DNA of 64,000 nucleotides from Eledone cirrhosa (taxonomy: Eukaryota), in NCBI GenBank assembly GCA_964016885.1, contig OZ024750.1, positions 24,986,001 through 25,050,000 of the forward strand, written 5' to 3'. Positions 38,892 through 55,100 of the stretch are shown here, piece by piece. How positions within the stretch are numbered: the first letter of the stretch is position 1; the number at the start of each line of letters is the position of its first letter. The notes beneath the pieces were generated by a model, which was given only the letters and a program-made list of their open reading frames with translations, did not search any database and was not told where the DNA came from. The position numbers and the translations under genes were made by a program.

Positions 38892-39529
38892 TCAGTATTA
38901 TATACCAGCTGCAGTATATAGACAAATGCAACTGTAACTATTATATATCTAACTATTATATATCTATTATATATGTAACTATTATATATCTATATATACA
39001 TTTGAAACGTTACGGTCTATTTCGTGAACATGTGCTCGCTTAGCTGCGTAAATTATTGTAATACCAACACAAACATTCTGTCTTTCTCTTTCATTAAGAC
39101 TTCCATTTTCCAGACACAATTAATTATAGTTATTCAAGTACACACGTGCAGAATCATACATTTCTCTCCCTTTCTTTCTATCTCTTCACCTCTCTCTCTC
39201 TCTCTCTCTATTCTGTCTCTTACACTCACTTTCCACACATGGTAAATGCGTATTTCACGTTTTTTAATGAAACACACCACCTGGACAGAAATATACAATC
39301 TGTCGCTCCTTCTTTACTTTTGATGTATAATTTTTTCTTCTCTTCTTTTTTCGGTTTTTTTTTAATGTGCCATCTTGGAAGAATTATGAAATTTATTTTA
39401 TTTTAATAAATATATTTTTCTGACTAAAAACAACCAGTTACCTCCCCTGCTATAAGCAATATTCTTTGAAATCTATTTCTGTTTCGAAAATTCACACAAG
39501 TTTGTTCAAATATCGCGACCCCAAACATC

Positions 39530-39562
<33 letters not shown>

Positions 39563-40046
39563 GTGTGTGTGTGTGTATTCTTTATCATTAACATTGATAT
39601 AAAGAATAATAATCATGTATAAATCCCGCCGAGGTTAACTTTGCCTTTCATCCTTACGGGGTCGATAAAATAAAGTACCAGTAATACACTGAGTATTTGC
39701 TGGCCTTGTGCCTAACGTAGAAACAATTATTAACATTTTTTAGAGAAGGGCCTCACATTTCATATTGCTTAGGGCCCCAATAAGTGAAAGTCCGGCCTTG
39801 TCCAGATGAGGGATTACTCCCATAGAATGGGAAAATCATGATGCGGCCTGGCCTTCTGCCATTCCCTCGGTCATAATCTCACTGGCTCGACCTGGGAAGG
39901 GAAGCAGTAACGACATGAAACTGGATGAAGGCATTTATGTGGTTAGCAGATCCGGAGGCTAAACCTCGGGGAAACACTGATGCACACACATTCACTGGGC
40001 ACCGGTTAAATCTTCATTAAAAAAAAAAGAAAAACCCACACGTACA

Positions 40047-40400
40047 ATAGTCGTCAGCCGGTAGACCGCGGACCACTGGTGGTGCGAGAGAGAATTTTGG
40101 TGCTCCGCAGAAAAATTTGGACATTATTTGCAATTTTTATGTTTTATTAATAATCAAATAAAAATAATATTCGGTTAAAATATATTTTATAACACCCGTA
40201 AAAATGTTTCTCCTAAGTAACGAACATGAAAGAATTTTACACGTATGTATCATCTATCGACAATATGACACATGTACGCTTCAAGTATTGTTTAATAAAA
40301 TGGAAGTTCTCTGATCATTATTTTACAAATGCATTTATCTTTTTGAAAAAATTCATATTAGAGGTGAGGGGATTTAAAAAATAAGAATTTAGTGGTACGC
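40047..40400. mobile_element. Degenerate hAT-type MITE
   Basis: ccggtagaccgcggaccactggtggtgcg at the left and tttagtggtacgc at the right resemble Charlie-type GGTCCGC subterminal motifs. Confidence 0.45.
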
Positions 40401-40453
40401 TTTTCATCAACAGATGTGAGGTCCTAGCATCTCACATCTGTTGATGAAAGGCG
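40398..40453. repeat. 56-bp hairpin (about 24-bp stem, 8-nt loop)
   Basis: cgcttttcatcaacagatgtgagg tcctagca tctcacatctgttgatgaaaggcg. Confidence 0.9.
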
Positions 40454-40814
40454 AAAACATTTAGTCAAAGCAGCGATCAATGGGAAATAACTCCGGCAAG
40501 TTTATGAATTTACAAACAAAGCGGTGTATCTTTTGTTGAAGTCATCTGGAAAGAGATGTCCTCCACTATGTTTACAATATCCAAGACGGTGTTACGCCAT
40601 CGAGCGTTATGGGTTCATTATTATTATTATTATTGGTGAATTGGCAGTATCGGTAGAGGGTCGGACGCCATGCTTTGACGCAGAGTCACGGCCCTTGCCA
40701 TTCTGAGTTCAAATTCCGCCGAGGTTAACTTTGCCTTTCATCCTTACGGGGTCGATAAAATAAAGTACCAGTAATGCACGGGATAATTGCTGGCCTTGTG
40801 CCAAAAGTGGAAAC

Positions 40815-41299
40815 AATTATTATTATTATTATTGGCATCCGTCGGTCTTGAAAGGCCATGGATCTGAGCCTGGAGAATTTTGTGTTAGCTGCTGAAGGCG
40901 GTGAAGTGTCTGCTGTGGTTGTACAGGCCCACACGGGATTGCAGTCGTGTATACAGCGACTGCATTTGTAAATGCTCTCCTCCGGTGCTACTGTGCTGTT
41001 CTTTTTTCGAGCATGCCTTTCTTCGGAGGCAAGTTTTAATTTCTTTTCCCCTCGCCCCAGCCCCATGCGCAATACTCGTCTCCATCGCGGTCGATCATTA
41101 GCGACCACGTCCCACCTCTGGGTGTCGAGATCTATTGACTTTATATCCCCCTTGCAGACGTCTTTCAAACGAAGATGAGACCATCCTCGTGCTCTTGTGG
41201 CGGTGGCCAGTTTCTCATACAGTAGGTCTTTTGGGATCCTTCCGTCCAGCATTTGATGTGCGTGACCGAGCTAGCGCAGACGACGCTGTTTGAGCAGCC
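40815..41299 (-). mobile_element. 5'-truncated RTE (BovB-like) LINE 3' end with (AAT)n tail
   Basis: LKQRRLR*LGH..MLDGRIPKDLLYEKL..DRPRWR..CSRC is a typical RTE C-terminus. It is flanked by a 34-bp duplication at 40568-40601 and 41300-41333. Confidence 0.88.
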
Positions 41300-41654
41300 A
41301 TGTTTATAATATCCAAGACGGTATTACGCCATCAAATGGTCCATACACACATCTTAACAATGCATATATTTTTTAATTAAATTTTGCAGGGACACATTTT
41401 AGAAGAAAAATCCTAGCTGACAGATCCTACATCAGTTTTGATACCACTTCCAACCCAGCTGCACATGTCAATCCCAGCTGCACATGTCAATTCACGAAGA
41501 TCGTAAACAGGAGAATTGACAGTTCACACCTATGGCGGAGTCAGACACCTACATTGAATGGTTTCAAGTTGGTGCCATTTATCTGAAAACAATTACTAGA
41601 ACATTCATATAGTAACTTGGAGGCTGCAAGAAGCTGTCTCTCAATCCCATACTC

Positions 41655-41995
41655 CTGCAAATCCTTCCCCGTCTCCTGTTCATAATCTTCTTGGGCAGGA
41701 CTGACATGCACAGCCGGGTTGGAAGTGGTAAGACTAGCGGGTGTATGATCAGTCGGCTGGCACTTGCAGACGACATGGTATTACTTAACTCATCAGACGG
41801 TGACATCCCACATGCAGTTGATAGGTTTGCTGTTGAGTGCTGCATAACAGGAATAAAAATCAATGCCGCGAAGACTTAGATAATCGCCCTCTCAAGGAAA
41901 TCTTCACAGTGAACTCTACGTGTGAATGAAGTTCCTCTGAAGCAATAGAGAAGTTTAAGTATCTAGGGCCTTGGTCACGAGTGATGGAAGATAGG
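41655..41995 (+). mobile_element. RTE (Expander/Rex3-like) reverse-transcriptase fragment
   Basis: LLFIIF..RLALADDMVLLNSSDGDIPHAVDRFAVECCITGIKINAAKT..EKFKYLG, with the YADD-type catalytic motif. Confidence 0.85.
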
Positions 41996-42249
41996 AGTAT
42001 AACAAAATACTGGTGTGTATGATTATAACAAGACACTAGGTTGTGTATATAAAGTTTAATTAACAAGTTGCAGTTATGTAGAACAGAATGGTTGACAAGT
42101 CAATGAAAGTAGATGAAAGAATGAAGTAAAGTTATTTGTTAAATAAATGAGAGGTAGATATCGCTCTGAGTATCTCCAAGACGGAAGTGACAAAAAGGGT
42201 TCTGCCATCCCCAACGGGAAGTAACTCCAGCTACTGGAGTTACTTGGTA

Positions 42250-42747
42250 GCTGACATGGTAGCTACATTAAGGGATGATGCTCCAGTTTTAGCAACAGTG
42301 CAAAAGTTAGTAGCTGAATTTACGAGGGGAAAGGATGGTTTTGAAGATAACCCAAAGTCTGGACGTCCTGCAGCTGCCACCACCGAGGAAAACATTGATC
42401 GTGTTCACAATATGATAATGGATGACAGGCAATTGATTATAAATTAAATAACCAATACTATTAGCATATTCCATGAGAGAGTTGAGAATATTCTGCACAA
42501 TGAACTTGGCATGACAAAGGTTTCTGCTTTGTGGGTGTCACATCTTCTGGCACCTGATCAAAAGCATGCCAGGCTGATAACATCACAATCACATGAAAAT
42601 CTGACATTGTTTGAGGCACATCCAGCTGATTTCCTTGAATGTTTCCTAACTCAGGATGAGTGTTGGGTTAATTACTTTGAGCTAGAGACAAAGAGACAAT
42701 CTATGCAGTGGAAACACCCTTCCTCACCTGCTCTAAAGGCCAAGTAG
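42250..42747 (+). mobile_element. Second truncated copy of the same mariner
   Basis: Highly similar to about 10770-11260 (ADMVATLRDDAP...TQDECWVNYFELETKRQSMQWKHPSSP). Confidence 0.9.
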
Positions 42748-43124
42748 GGATTACGTTTTTGACCCTACATGGTGTCCTTTTGAAGCAGTGTTTTACATCT
42801 GGGTGTCCTTCTTGGTGCCAACCCTAATATGGTACACATGGATATGGTGTACTTATTTAAAACTTATTAGGTACAACAGTTGTTAGCAGAATATTCTATA
42901 ATACAATTGAATCACAAGATTAACTGAAACTTTTTTGATAATTAATCACTCCAGATTATCGAGATAATCAGGATTATAATTTTTTGTTCAGTAAATACAA
43001 CAATTCTTATCAATTCTTAACAATCAAAACCAGATTATCTTACAGTTTATATAGAGATAAAGTCATTAATGCTATTGTTTTAATGTAAAAAAATAACCAC
43101 TTCAGACCACCATAGTGGTGAGGA

Positions 43125-46100
43125 ATTTAATGATACATAACTACAGCACTAATAGAGACCAACATACTAAGATTTAGTGATATATAACTACAGCACTAAT
43201 AGAGACCAACATACTAAGATTTAGTGATATATAACTACAGCACTAATAGAGACCAACATACTAAGATTTAGTGATATATAACTACAGCACTAATAGAGAC
43301 CAACATACTAAGATTTAGTGATATATAACTACAGCACTAATAGAGACCAACATACTAAGATTTAGTGATATATAACTACAGTACTAATAGAGACCAACAT
43401 ACTAAGATTTAGTGATATATAACTACAGCACTAATAGAGACCAACATACTAAGATTTAGTGATATATAACTACAGTACTAGTTAAGACCAACATATTAAG
43501 ATTTAGTGATATATAACTATGGCACTAATAGAGACCAACATACTAAGATTTAGTGATATATAACTACAGTACTAGTTAAGACCAACATATTAAGATTTAA
43601 TGATATATAACTATGGCACTAATAGAGACCAACATACTAAGATTTAGTGATATAACTACAACACTAGTAACGACCAACATACTAAGATTTAGTGATATAA
43701 CTACAACACTAGTAACGACCAACATACTAAGATTTAGTGATATAACTACAACACTAGTAACGACCAACATACTAAGATTTAGTGATATAACTACAACACT
43801 AGTAACGACCAACATACTAAGATTTAGTGATATAACTACAACACTAGTAACGACCAACATACTAAGATTTAGTGATATAACTACAACACTAGTAACGACC
43901 AACATACTAAGATTTAGTGATATAACTACAACACTAGTAACGACCAACATACTAAGATTTAGTGATATAACTACAACACTAGTAACGACCAACATACTAA
44001 GATTTAGTGATATAACTACAACACTAGTAACGACCAACATACTAAGATTTAGTGATATAACTACAACACTAGTAACGACCAACATACTAAGATTTAGTGA
44101 TATAACTACAACACTAGTAAAGACCAACATACTAAGATTTAGTGATATATAACTACAACACTAGTAAAGACCAACATACGAAGATTTAGTGATATATAAC
44201 TACAACACTAGTAAAGACCAACATACTAAGATTTAGTGATATAACTACAACACTAGTAACGACCAACATACTAAGATTTAGTGATATAACTACAACACTA
44301 GTAACGACCAACATACTAAGATTTAGTGATATAACTACAACACTAGTAACGACCAACATACAAAGATTTAGTGATATAACTACAACACTAGTAACGACCA
44401 ACATACTAAGATTTAGTGATATAACTACAACACTAGTAACGACCAACATACTAAGATTTAGTGATATATAACTACAACACTAGTAAAGACCAACATACTA
44501 AGATTTAGTGATATATAACTACAACACTAGTAAAGACCAACATACTAAGATTTAGTGATATATAACTACAACACTAGTAACGACCAACATACTAAGATTT
44601 AGTGATATATAACTACAACACTAGTAAAGACCAACATACTAAGATTTAGTGATATATAACTACAACACTAGTAACGACCAACATACTAAGATTTAGTGAT
44701 ATATAACTACAACACTAGTAAAGACCAACATACTAAGATTTAGTGATATATAACTACAACACTAGTAACGACCAACATACTAAGATTTAGTGATATATAA
44801 CTACAGCACTAATAGAGACAACATACTAAGATTTAGTGATATATAACTACAGCACTAATAGAGACCAACATACTAAGATTTAGTGATATATAACTACAAC
44901 ACTAGTAAAGACCAACATACTAAGATTTAGTGATATATAACTACAACACTAGTAACGACCAACATACTAAGATTTAGTGATATATAACTACAGCACTAGT
45001 TAAGACCAACATATTAAGATTTAATGATATATAACTATGGCACTAATAGAGACCAACATACTAAGATTTAGTGATATAACTACAACACTAGTAACGACCA
45101 ACATACTAAGATTTAGTGATATAACTACAACACTAGTAACGACCAACATACTAAGATTTAGTGATATAACTACAACACTAGTAACGACCAACATACTAAG
45201 ATTTAGTGATATAACTACAACACTAGTAACGACCAACATACTAAGATTTAGTGATATAACTACAACACTAGTAACGACCAACATACTAAGATTTAGTGAT
45301 ATAACTACAACACTAGTAACGACCAACATACTAAGATTTAGTGATATAACTACAACACTAGTAACGACCAACATACTAAGATTTAGTGATATAACTACAA
45401 CACTAGTAACGACCAACATACTAAGATTTAGTGATATAACTACAACACTAGTAACGACCAACATACTAAGATTTAGTGATATAACTACAACACTAGTAAC
45501 GACCAACATACTAAGATTTAGTGATATAACTACAACACTAGTAACGACCAACATACTAAGATTTAGTGATATAACTACAACACTAGTAACGACCAACATA
45601 CTAAGATTTAGTGATATAACTACAACACTAGTAAAGACCAACATACTAAGATTTAGTGATATATAACTACAACACTAGTAACGACCAACATACTAAGATT
45701 TAGTGATATATAACTACAACACTAGTAAAGACCAACATACTAAGATTTAGTGATATATAACTACAACACTAGTAACGACCAACATACTAAGATTTAGTGA
45801 TATATAACTACAACACTAGTAAAGACCAACATACTAAGATTTAGTGATATATAACTACAACACTAGTAACGACCAACATACTAAGATTTAGTGATATATA
45901 ACTACAGCACTAATAGAGACCAACATACTAAGATTTAGTGATATATAACTACAGCACTAATAGAGACCAACATACTAAGATTTAGTGATATATAACTACA
46001 ACACTAGTAAAGACCAACATACTAAGATTTAGTGATATATAACTACAACACTAGTAACGACCAACATACTAAGATTTAGTGATATATAACTACAGCACTA

Positions 46101-49100
46101 GTTAAGACCAACATACTAAGATTTAGTGATATAACTACAACACTAGTAACGACCAACATACTAAGATTTAGTGATATAACTACAACACTAGTAACGACCA
46201 ACATACTAAGATTTAGTGATATAACTACAACGCTAGTAACGACCAACATACTAAGATTTAGTGATATAACTACAACGCTAGTAACGACCAACATACTAAG
46301 ATTTAGTGATATAACTACAACACTAGTAACGACCAACATACTAAGATTTAGTGATATAACTACAACACTAGTAACGACCAACATACTAAAATTTAGTGAT
46401 ATAACTACAACACTAGTAACGACCAACATACTAAGATTTAGTGATATAACTACAACACTAGTAACGACCAACATACTAAGATTTAGTGATATAACTACAA
46501 CACTAGTAACGACCAACATACTAAGATTTAGTGATATAACTACAACACTAGTAACGACCAACATACTAAGATTTAGTGATATAACTACAACACTAGTAAC
46601 GACCAACATACTAAGATTTAGTGATATAACTACAACACTAGTAACGACCAACATACTAAGATTTAGTGATATAACTACAACACTAGTAACGACCAACATA
46701 CTAAGATTTAGTGATATAACTACAACACTAGTAACGACCAACATACTAAGATTTAGTGATATAACTACAACACTAGTAACGACCAACATACTAAGATTTA
46801 GTGATATAACTACAACACTAGTAAAGACCAACATACTAAGATTTAGTGATATATAACTACAACACTAGTAAAGACCAACATACGAAGATTTAGTGATATA
46901 TAACTACAACACTAGTAAAGACCAACATACTAAGATTTAGTGATATAACTACAACACTAGTAACGACCAACATACTAAGATTTAGTGATATAACTACAAC
47001 ACTAGTAACGACCAACATACTAAGATTTAGTGATATAACTACAACACTAGTAACGACCAACATACAAAGATTTAGTGATATAACTACAACACTAGTAACG
47101 ACCAACATACTAAGATTTAGTGATATAACTACAACACTAGTAACGACCAACATACTAAGATTTAGTGATATATAACTACAACACTAGTAAAGACCAACAT
47201 ACTAAGATTTAGTGATATATAACTACAACACTAGTAAAGACCAACATACTAAGATTTAGTGATATATAACTACAACACTAGTAACGACCAACATACTAAG
47301 ATTTAGTGATATATAACTACAACACTAGTAAAGACCAACATACTAAGATTTAGTGATATATAACTACAACACTAGTAACGACCAACATACTAAGATTTAG
47401 TGATATATAACTACAACACTAGTAAAGACCAACATACTAAGATTTAGTGATATATAACTACAACACTAGTAACGACCAACATACTAAGATTTAGTGATAT
47501 ATAACTACAGCACTAATAGAGACCAACATACTAAGATTTAGTGATATATAACTACAGCACTAATAGAGACCAACATACTAAGATTTAGTGATATATAACT
47601 ACAACACTAGTAAAGACCAACATACTAAGATTTAGTGATATATAACTACAACACTAGTAACGACCAACATACTAAGATTTAGTGATATATAACTACAGCA
47701 CTAGTTAAGACCAACATATTAAGATTTAATGATATATAACTATGGCACTAATAGAGACCAACATACTAAGATTTAGTGATATAACTACAACACTAGTAAC
47801 GACCAACATACTAAGATTTAGTGATATAACTACAACACTAGTAACGACCAACATACTAAGATTTAGTGATATAACTACAACACTAGTAACGACCAACATA
47901 CTAAGATTTAGTGATATAACTACAACACTAGTAACGACCAACATACTAAGATTTAGTGATATAACTACAACACTAGTAACGACCAACATACTAAGATTTA
48001 GTGATATAACTACAACACTAGTAACGACCAACATACTAAGATTTAGTGATATAACTACAACACTAGTAACGACCAACATACTAAGATTTAGTGATATAAC
48101 TACAACACTAGTAACGACCAACATACTAAGATTTAGTGATATAACTACAACACTAGTAAAGACCAACATACTAAGATTTAGTGATATATAACTACAACAC
48201 TAGTAAAGACCAACATACGAAGATTTAGTGATATATAACTACAACACTAGTAAAGACCAACATACTAAGATTTAGTGATATAACTACAACACTAGTAACG
48301 ACCAACATACTAAGATTTAGTGATATAACTACAACACTAGTAACGACCAACATACTAAGATTTAGTGATATAACTACAACACTAGTAACGACCAACATAC
48401 AAAGATTTAGTGATATAACTACAACACTAGTAACGACCAACATACTAAGATTTAGTGATATAACTACAACACTAGTAACGACCAACATACTAAGATTTAG
48501 TGATATATAACTACAACACTAGTAAAGACCAACATACTAAGATTTAGTGATATATAACTACAACACTAGTAAAGACCAACATACTAAGATTTAGTGATAT
48601 ATAACTACAACACTAGTAACGACCAACATACTAAGATTTAGTGATATATAACTACAACACTAGTAAAGACCAACATACTAAGATTTAGTGATATATAACT
48701 ACAACACTAGTAACGACCAACATACTAAGATTTAGTGATATATAACTACAACACTAGTAAAGACCAACATACTAAGATTTAGTGATATATAACTACAACA
48801 CTAGTAACGACCAACATACTAAGATTTAGTGATATATAACTACAGCACTAATAGAGACCAACATACTAAGATTTAGTGATATATAACTACAGCACTAATA
48901 GAGACCAACATACTAAGATTTAGTGATATATAACTACAACACTAGTAAAGACCAACATACTAAGATTTAGTGATATATAACTACAACACTAGTAACGACC
49001 AACATACTAAGATTTAGTGATATATAACTACAGCACTAGTTAAGACCAACATATTAAGATTTAATGATATATAACTATGGCACTAATAGAGACCAACATA

Positions 49101-52100
49101 CTAAGATTTAGTGATATAACTACAACACTAGTAACGACCAACATACTAAGATTTAGTGATATAACTACAACACTAGTAACGACCAACATACTAAGATTTA
49201 GTGATATAACTACAACACTAGTAACGACCAACATACTAAGATTTAGTGATATAACTACAACACTAGTAACGACCAACATACTAAGATTTAGTGATATAAC
49301 TACAACACTAGTAACGACCAACATACTAAGATTTAGTGATATAACTACAACACTAGTAACGACCAACATACTAAGATTTAGTGATATAACTACAACACTA
49401 GTAACGACCAACATACTAAGATTTAGTGATATAACTACAACACTAGTAACGACCAACATACTAAGATTTAGTGATATAACTACAACACTAGTAACGACCA
49501 ACATACTAAGATTTAGTGATATAACTACAACACTAGTAACGACCAACATACTAAGATTTAGTGATATAACTACAACACTAGTAACGACCAACATACTAAG
49601 ATTTAGTGATATAACTACAACACTAGTAACGACCAACATACTAAGATTTAGTGATATAACTACAACACTAGTAACGACCAACATACTAAGATTTAGTGAT
49701 ATAACTACAACACTAGTAACGACCAACATACTAAGATTTAGTGATATAACTACAACACTAGTAACGACCAACATACTAAGATTTAGTGATATAACTACAA
49801 CACTAGTAACGACCAACATACTAAGATTTAGTGATATAACTACAACACTAGTAACGACCAACATACTAAGATTTAGTGATATAACTACAACACTAGTAAC
49901 GACCAACATACTAAGATTTAGTGATATAACTACAACACTAGTAACGACCAACATACTAAGATTTAGTGATATAACTACAACACTAGTAACGACCAACATA
50001 CTAAGATTTAGTGATATAACTACAACACTAGTAAAGACCAACATACTAAGATTTAGTGATATATAACTACAACACTAGTAAAGACCAACATACGAAGATT
50101 TAGTGATATATAACTACAACACTAGTAAAGACCAACATACTAAGATTTAGTGATATAACTACAACACTAGTAACGACCAACATACTAAGATTTAGTGATA
50201 TAACTACAACACTAGTAACGACCAACATACTAAGATTTAGTGATATAACTACAACACTAGTAACGACCAACATACAAAGATTTAGTGATATAACTACAAC
50301 ACTAGTAACGACCAACATACTAAGATTTAGTGATATAACTACAACACTAGTAACGACCAACATACTAAGATTTAGTGATATATAACTACAACACTAGTAA
50401 AGACCAACATACTAAGATTTAGTGATATATAACTACAACACTAGTAAAGACCAACATACTAAGATTTAGTGATATATAACTACAACACTAGTAACGACCA
50501 ACATACTAAGATTTAGTGATATATAACTACAACACTAGTAAAGACCAACATACTAAGATTTAGTGATATATAACTACAACACTAGTAACGACCAACATAC
50601 TAAGATTTAGTGATATATAACTACAACACTAGTAAAGACCAACATACTAAGATTTAGTGATATATAACTACAACACTAGTAACGACCAACATACTAAGAT
50701 TTAGTGATATATAACTACAGCACTAATAGAGACCAACATACTAAGATTTAGTGATATATAACTACAGCACTAATAGAGACCAACATACTAAGATTTAGTG
50801 ATATATAACTACAACACTAGTAAAGACCAACATACTAAGATTTAGTGATATATAACTACAACACTAGTAACGACCAACATACTAAGATTTAGTGATATAT
50901 AACTACAGCACTAGTTAAGACCAACATATTAAGATTTAATGATATATAACTATGGCACTAATAGAGACCAACATACTAAGATTTAGTGATATAACTACAA
51001 CACTAGTAACGACCAACATACTAAGATTTAGTGATATAACTACAACACTAGTAACGACCAACATACTAAGATTTAGTGATATAACTACAACACTAGTAAC
51101 GACCAACATACTAAGATTTAGTGATATAACTACAACACTAGTAACGACCAACATACTAAGATTTAGTGATATAACTACAACACTAGTAACGACCAACATA
51201 CTAAGATTTAGTGATATAACTACAACACTAGTAACGACCAACATACTAAGATTTAGTGATATAACTACAACACTAGTAACGACCAACATACTAAGATTTA
51301 GTGATATAACTACAACACTAGTAACGACCAACATACTAAGATTTAGTGATATAACTACAACACTAGTAACGACCAACATACTAAGATTTAGTGATATAAC
51401 TACAACACTAGTAACGACCAACATACTAAGATTTAGTGATATAACTACAACACTAGTAACGACCAACATACTAAGATTTAGTGATATAACTACAACACTA
51501 GTAACGACCAACATACTAAGATTTAGTGATATAACTACAACACTAGTAAAGACCAACATACTAAGATTTAGTGATATATAACTACAACACTAGTAACGAC
51601 CAACATACTAAGATTTAGTGATATATAACTACAACACTAGTAAAGACCAACATACTAAGATTTAGTGATATATAACTACAACACTAGTAACGACCAACAT
51701 ACTAAGATTTAGTGATATATAACTACAACACTAGTAAAGACCAACATACTAAGATTTAGTGATATATAACTACAACACTAGTAACGACCAACATACTAAG
51801 ATTTAGTGATATATAACTACAGCACTAATAGAGACCAACATACTAAGATTTAGTGATATATAACTACAGCACTAATAGAGACCAACATACTAAGATTTAG
51901 TGATATATAACTACAACACTAGTAAAGACCAACATACTAAGATTTAGTGATATATAACTACAACACTAGTAACGACCAACATACTAAGATTTAGTGATAT
52001 ATAACTACAGCACTAGTTAAGACCAACATACTAAGATTTAGTGATATAACTACAACACTAGTAACGACCAACATACTAAGATTTAGTGATATAACTACAA

Positions 52101-55100
52101 CACTAGTAACGACCAACATACTAAGATTTAGTGATATAACTACAACGCTAGTAACGACCAACATACTAAGATTTAGTGATATAACTACAACACTAGTAAC
52201 GACCAACATACTAAGATTTAGTGATATAACTACAACACTAGTAACGACCAACATACTAAGATTTAGTGATATAACTACAACACTAGTAACGACCAACATA
52301 CTAAGATTTAGTGATATAACTACAACACTAGTAACGACCAACATACTAAGATTTAGTGATATAACTACAACACTAGTAACGACCAACATACTAAGATTTA
52401 GTGATATAACTACAACACTAGTAACGACCAACATACTAAGATTTAGTGATATAACTACAACACTAGTAACGACCAACATACTAAGATTTAGTGATATAAC
52501 TACAACACTAGTAACGACCAACATACTAAGATTTAGTGATATAACTACAACACTAGTAACGACCAACATACTAAGATTTAGTGATATAACTACAACACTA
52601 GTAACGACCAACATACTAAGATTTAGTGATATAACTACAACACTAGTAACGACCAACATACTAAGATTTAGTGATATAACTACAACACTAGTAACGACCA
52701 ACATACTAAGATTTAGTGATATAACTACAACACTAGTAAAGACCAACATACTAAGATTTAGTGATATATAACTACAACACTAGTAAAGACCAACATACGA
52801 AGATTTAGTGATATATAACTACAACACTAGTAAAGACCAACATACTAAGATTTAGTGATATAACTACAACACTAGTAACGACCAACATACTAAGATTTAG
52901 TGATATAACTACAACACTAGTAACGACCAACATACTAAGATTTAGTGATATAACTACAACACTAGTAACGACCAACATACAAAGATTTAGTGATATAACT
53001 ACAACACTAGTAACGACCAACATACTAAGATTTAGTGATATAACTACAACACTAGTAACGACCAACATACTAAGATTTAGTGATATATAACTACAACACT
53101 AGTAAAGACCAACATACTAAGATTTAGTGATATATAACTACAACACTAGTAAAGACCAACATACTAAGATTTAGTGATATATAACTACAACACTAGTAAC
53201 GACCAACATACTAAGATTTAGTGATATATAACTACAACACTAGTAAAGACCAACATACTAAGATTTAGTGATATATAACTACAACACTAGTAACGACCAA
53301 CATACTAAGATTTAGTGATATATAACTACAACACTAGTAAAGACCAACATACTAAGATTTAGTGATATATAACTACAACACTAGTAACGACCAACATACT
53401 AAGATTTAGTGATATATAACTACAGCACTAATAGAGACCAACATACTAAGATTTAGTGATATATAACTACAGCACTAATAGAGACCAACATACTAAGATT
53501 TAGTGATATATAACTACAACACTAGTAAAGACCAACATACTAAGATTTAGTGATATATAACTACAACACTAGTAACGACCAACATACTAAGATTTAGTGA
53601 TATATAACTACAGCACTAGTTAAGACCAACATATTAAGATTTAATGATATATAACTATGGCACTAATAGAGACCAACATACTAAGATTTAGTGATATAAC
53701 TACAACACTAGTAACGACCAACATACTAAGATTTAGTGATATAACTACAACACTAGTAACGACCAACATACTAAGATTTAGTGATATAACTACAACACTA
53801 GTAACGACCAACATACTAAGATTTAGTGATATAACTACAACACTAGTAACGACCAACATACTAAGATTTAGTGATATAACTACAACACTAGTAACGACCA
53901 ACATACTAAGATTTAGTGATATAACTACAACACTAGTAACGACCAACATACTAAGATTTAGTGATATAACTACAACACTAGTAACGACCAACATACTAAG
54001 ATTTAGTGATATAACTACAACACTAGTAACGACCAACATACTAAGATTTAGTGATATAACTACAACACTAGTAACGACCAACATACTAAGATTTAGTGAT
54101 ATAACTACAACACTAGTAACGACCAACATACTAAGATTTAGTGATATAACTACAACTCTAGTAACGACCAACATACTAAGATTTAGTGATATAACTACAA
54201 CACTAGTAACGACCAACATACTAAGATTTAGTGATATAACTACAACACTAGTAAAGACCAACATACTAAGATTTAGTGATATATAACTACAACACTAGTA
54301 ACGACCAACATACTAAGATTTAGTGATATATAACTACAACACTAGTAAAGACCAACATACTAAGATTTAGTGATATATAACTACAACACTAGTAACGACC
54401 AACATACTAAGATTTAGTGATATATAACTACAACACTAGTAAAGACCAACATACTAAGATTTAGTGATATATAACTACAACACTAGTAACGACCAACATA
54501 CTAAGATTTAGTGATATATAACTACAGCACTAATAGAGACCAACATACTAAGATTTAGTGATATATAACTACAGCACTAATAGAGACTAACATACTAAGA
54601 TTTAGTGATATATAACTACAACACTAGTAAAGACCAACATACTAAGATTTAGTGATATATAACTACAACACTAGTAACGACCAACATACTAAGATTTAGT
54701 GATATATAACTACAGCACTAGTTAAGACCAACATACTAAGATTTAGTGATATAACTACAACACTAGTAACGACCAACATACTAAGATTTAGTGATATAAC
54801 TACAACACTAGTAACGACCAACATACTAAGATTTAGTGATATAACTACAACACTAGTAACGACCAACATACTAAGATTTAGTGATATAACTACAACACTA
54901 GTAACGACCAACATACTAAGATTTAGTGATATAACTACAACACTAGTAACGACCAACATACTAAGATTTAGTGATATAACTACAACACTAGTAACGACCA
55001 ACATACTAAGATTTAGTGATATAACTACAACACTAGTAACGACCAACATACTAACATTTAGTGATATAACTACAACACTAGTAACGACCAACATACTAAG

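Noticed and set aside
39800-40015. HDV-like ribozyme at a possible retrotransposon 5' end
   Set aside because: I could not build the P3/P1.1 nested pseudoknot by eye; probably a TE fragment.
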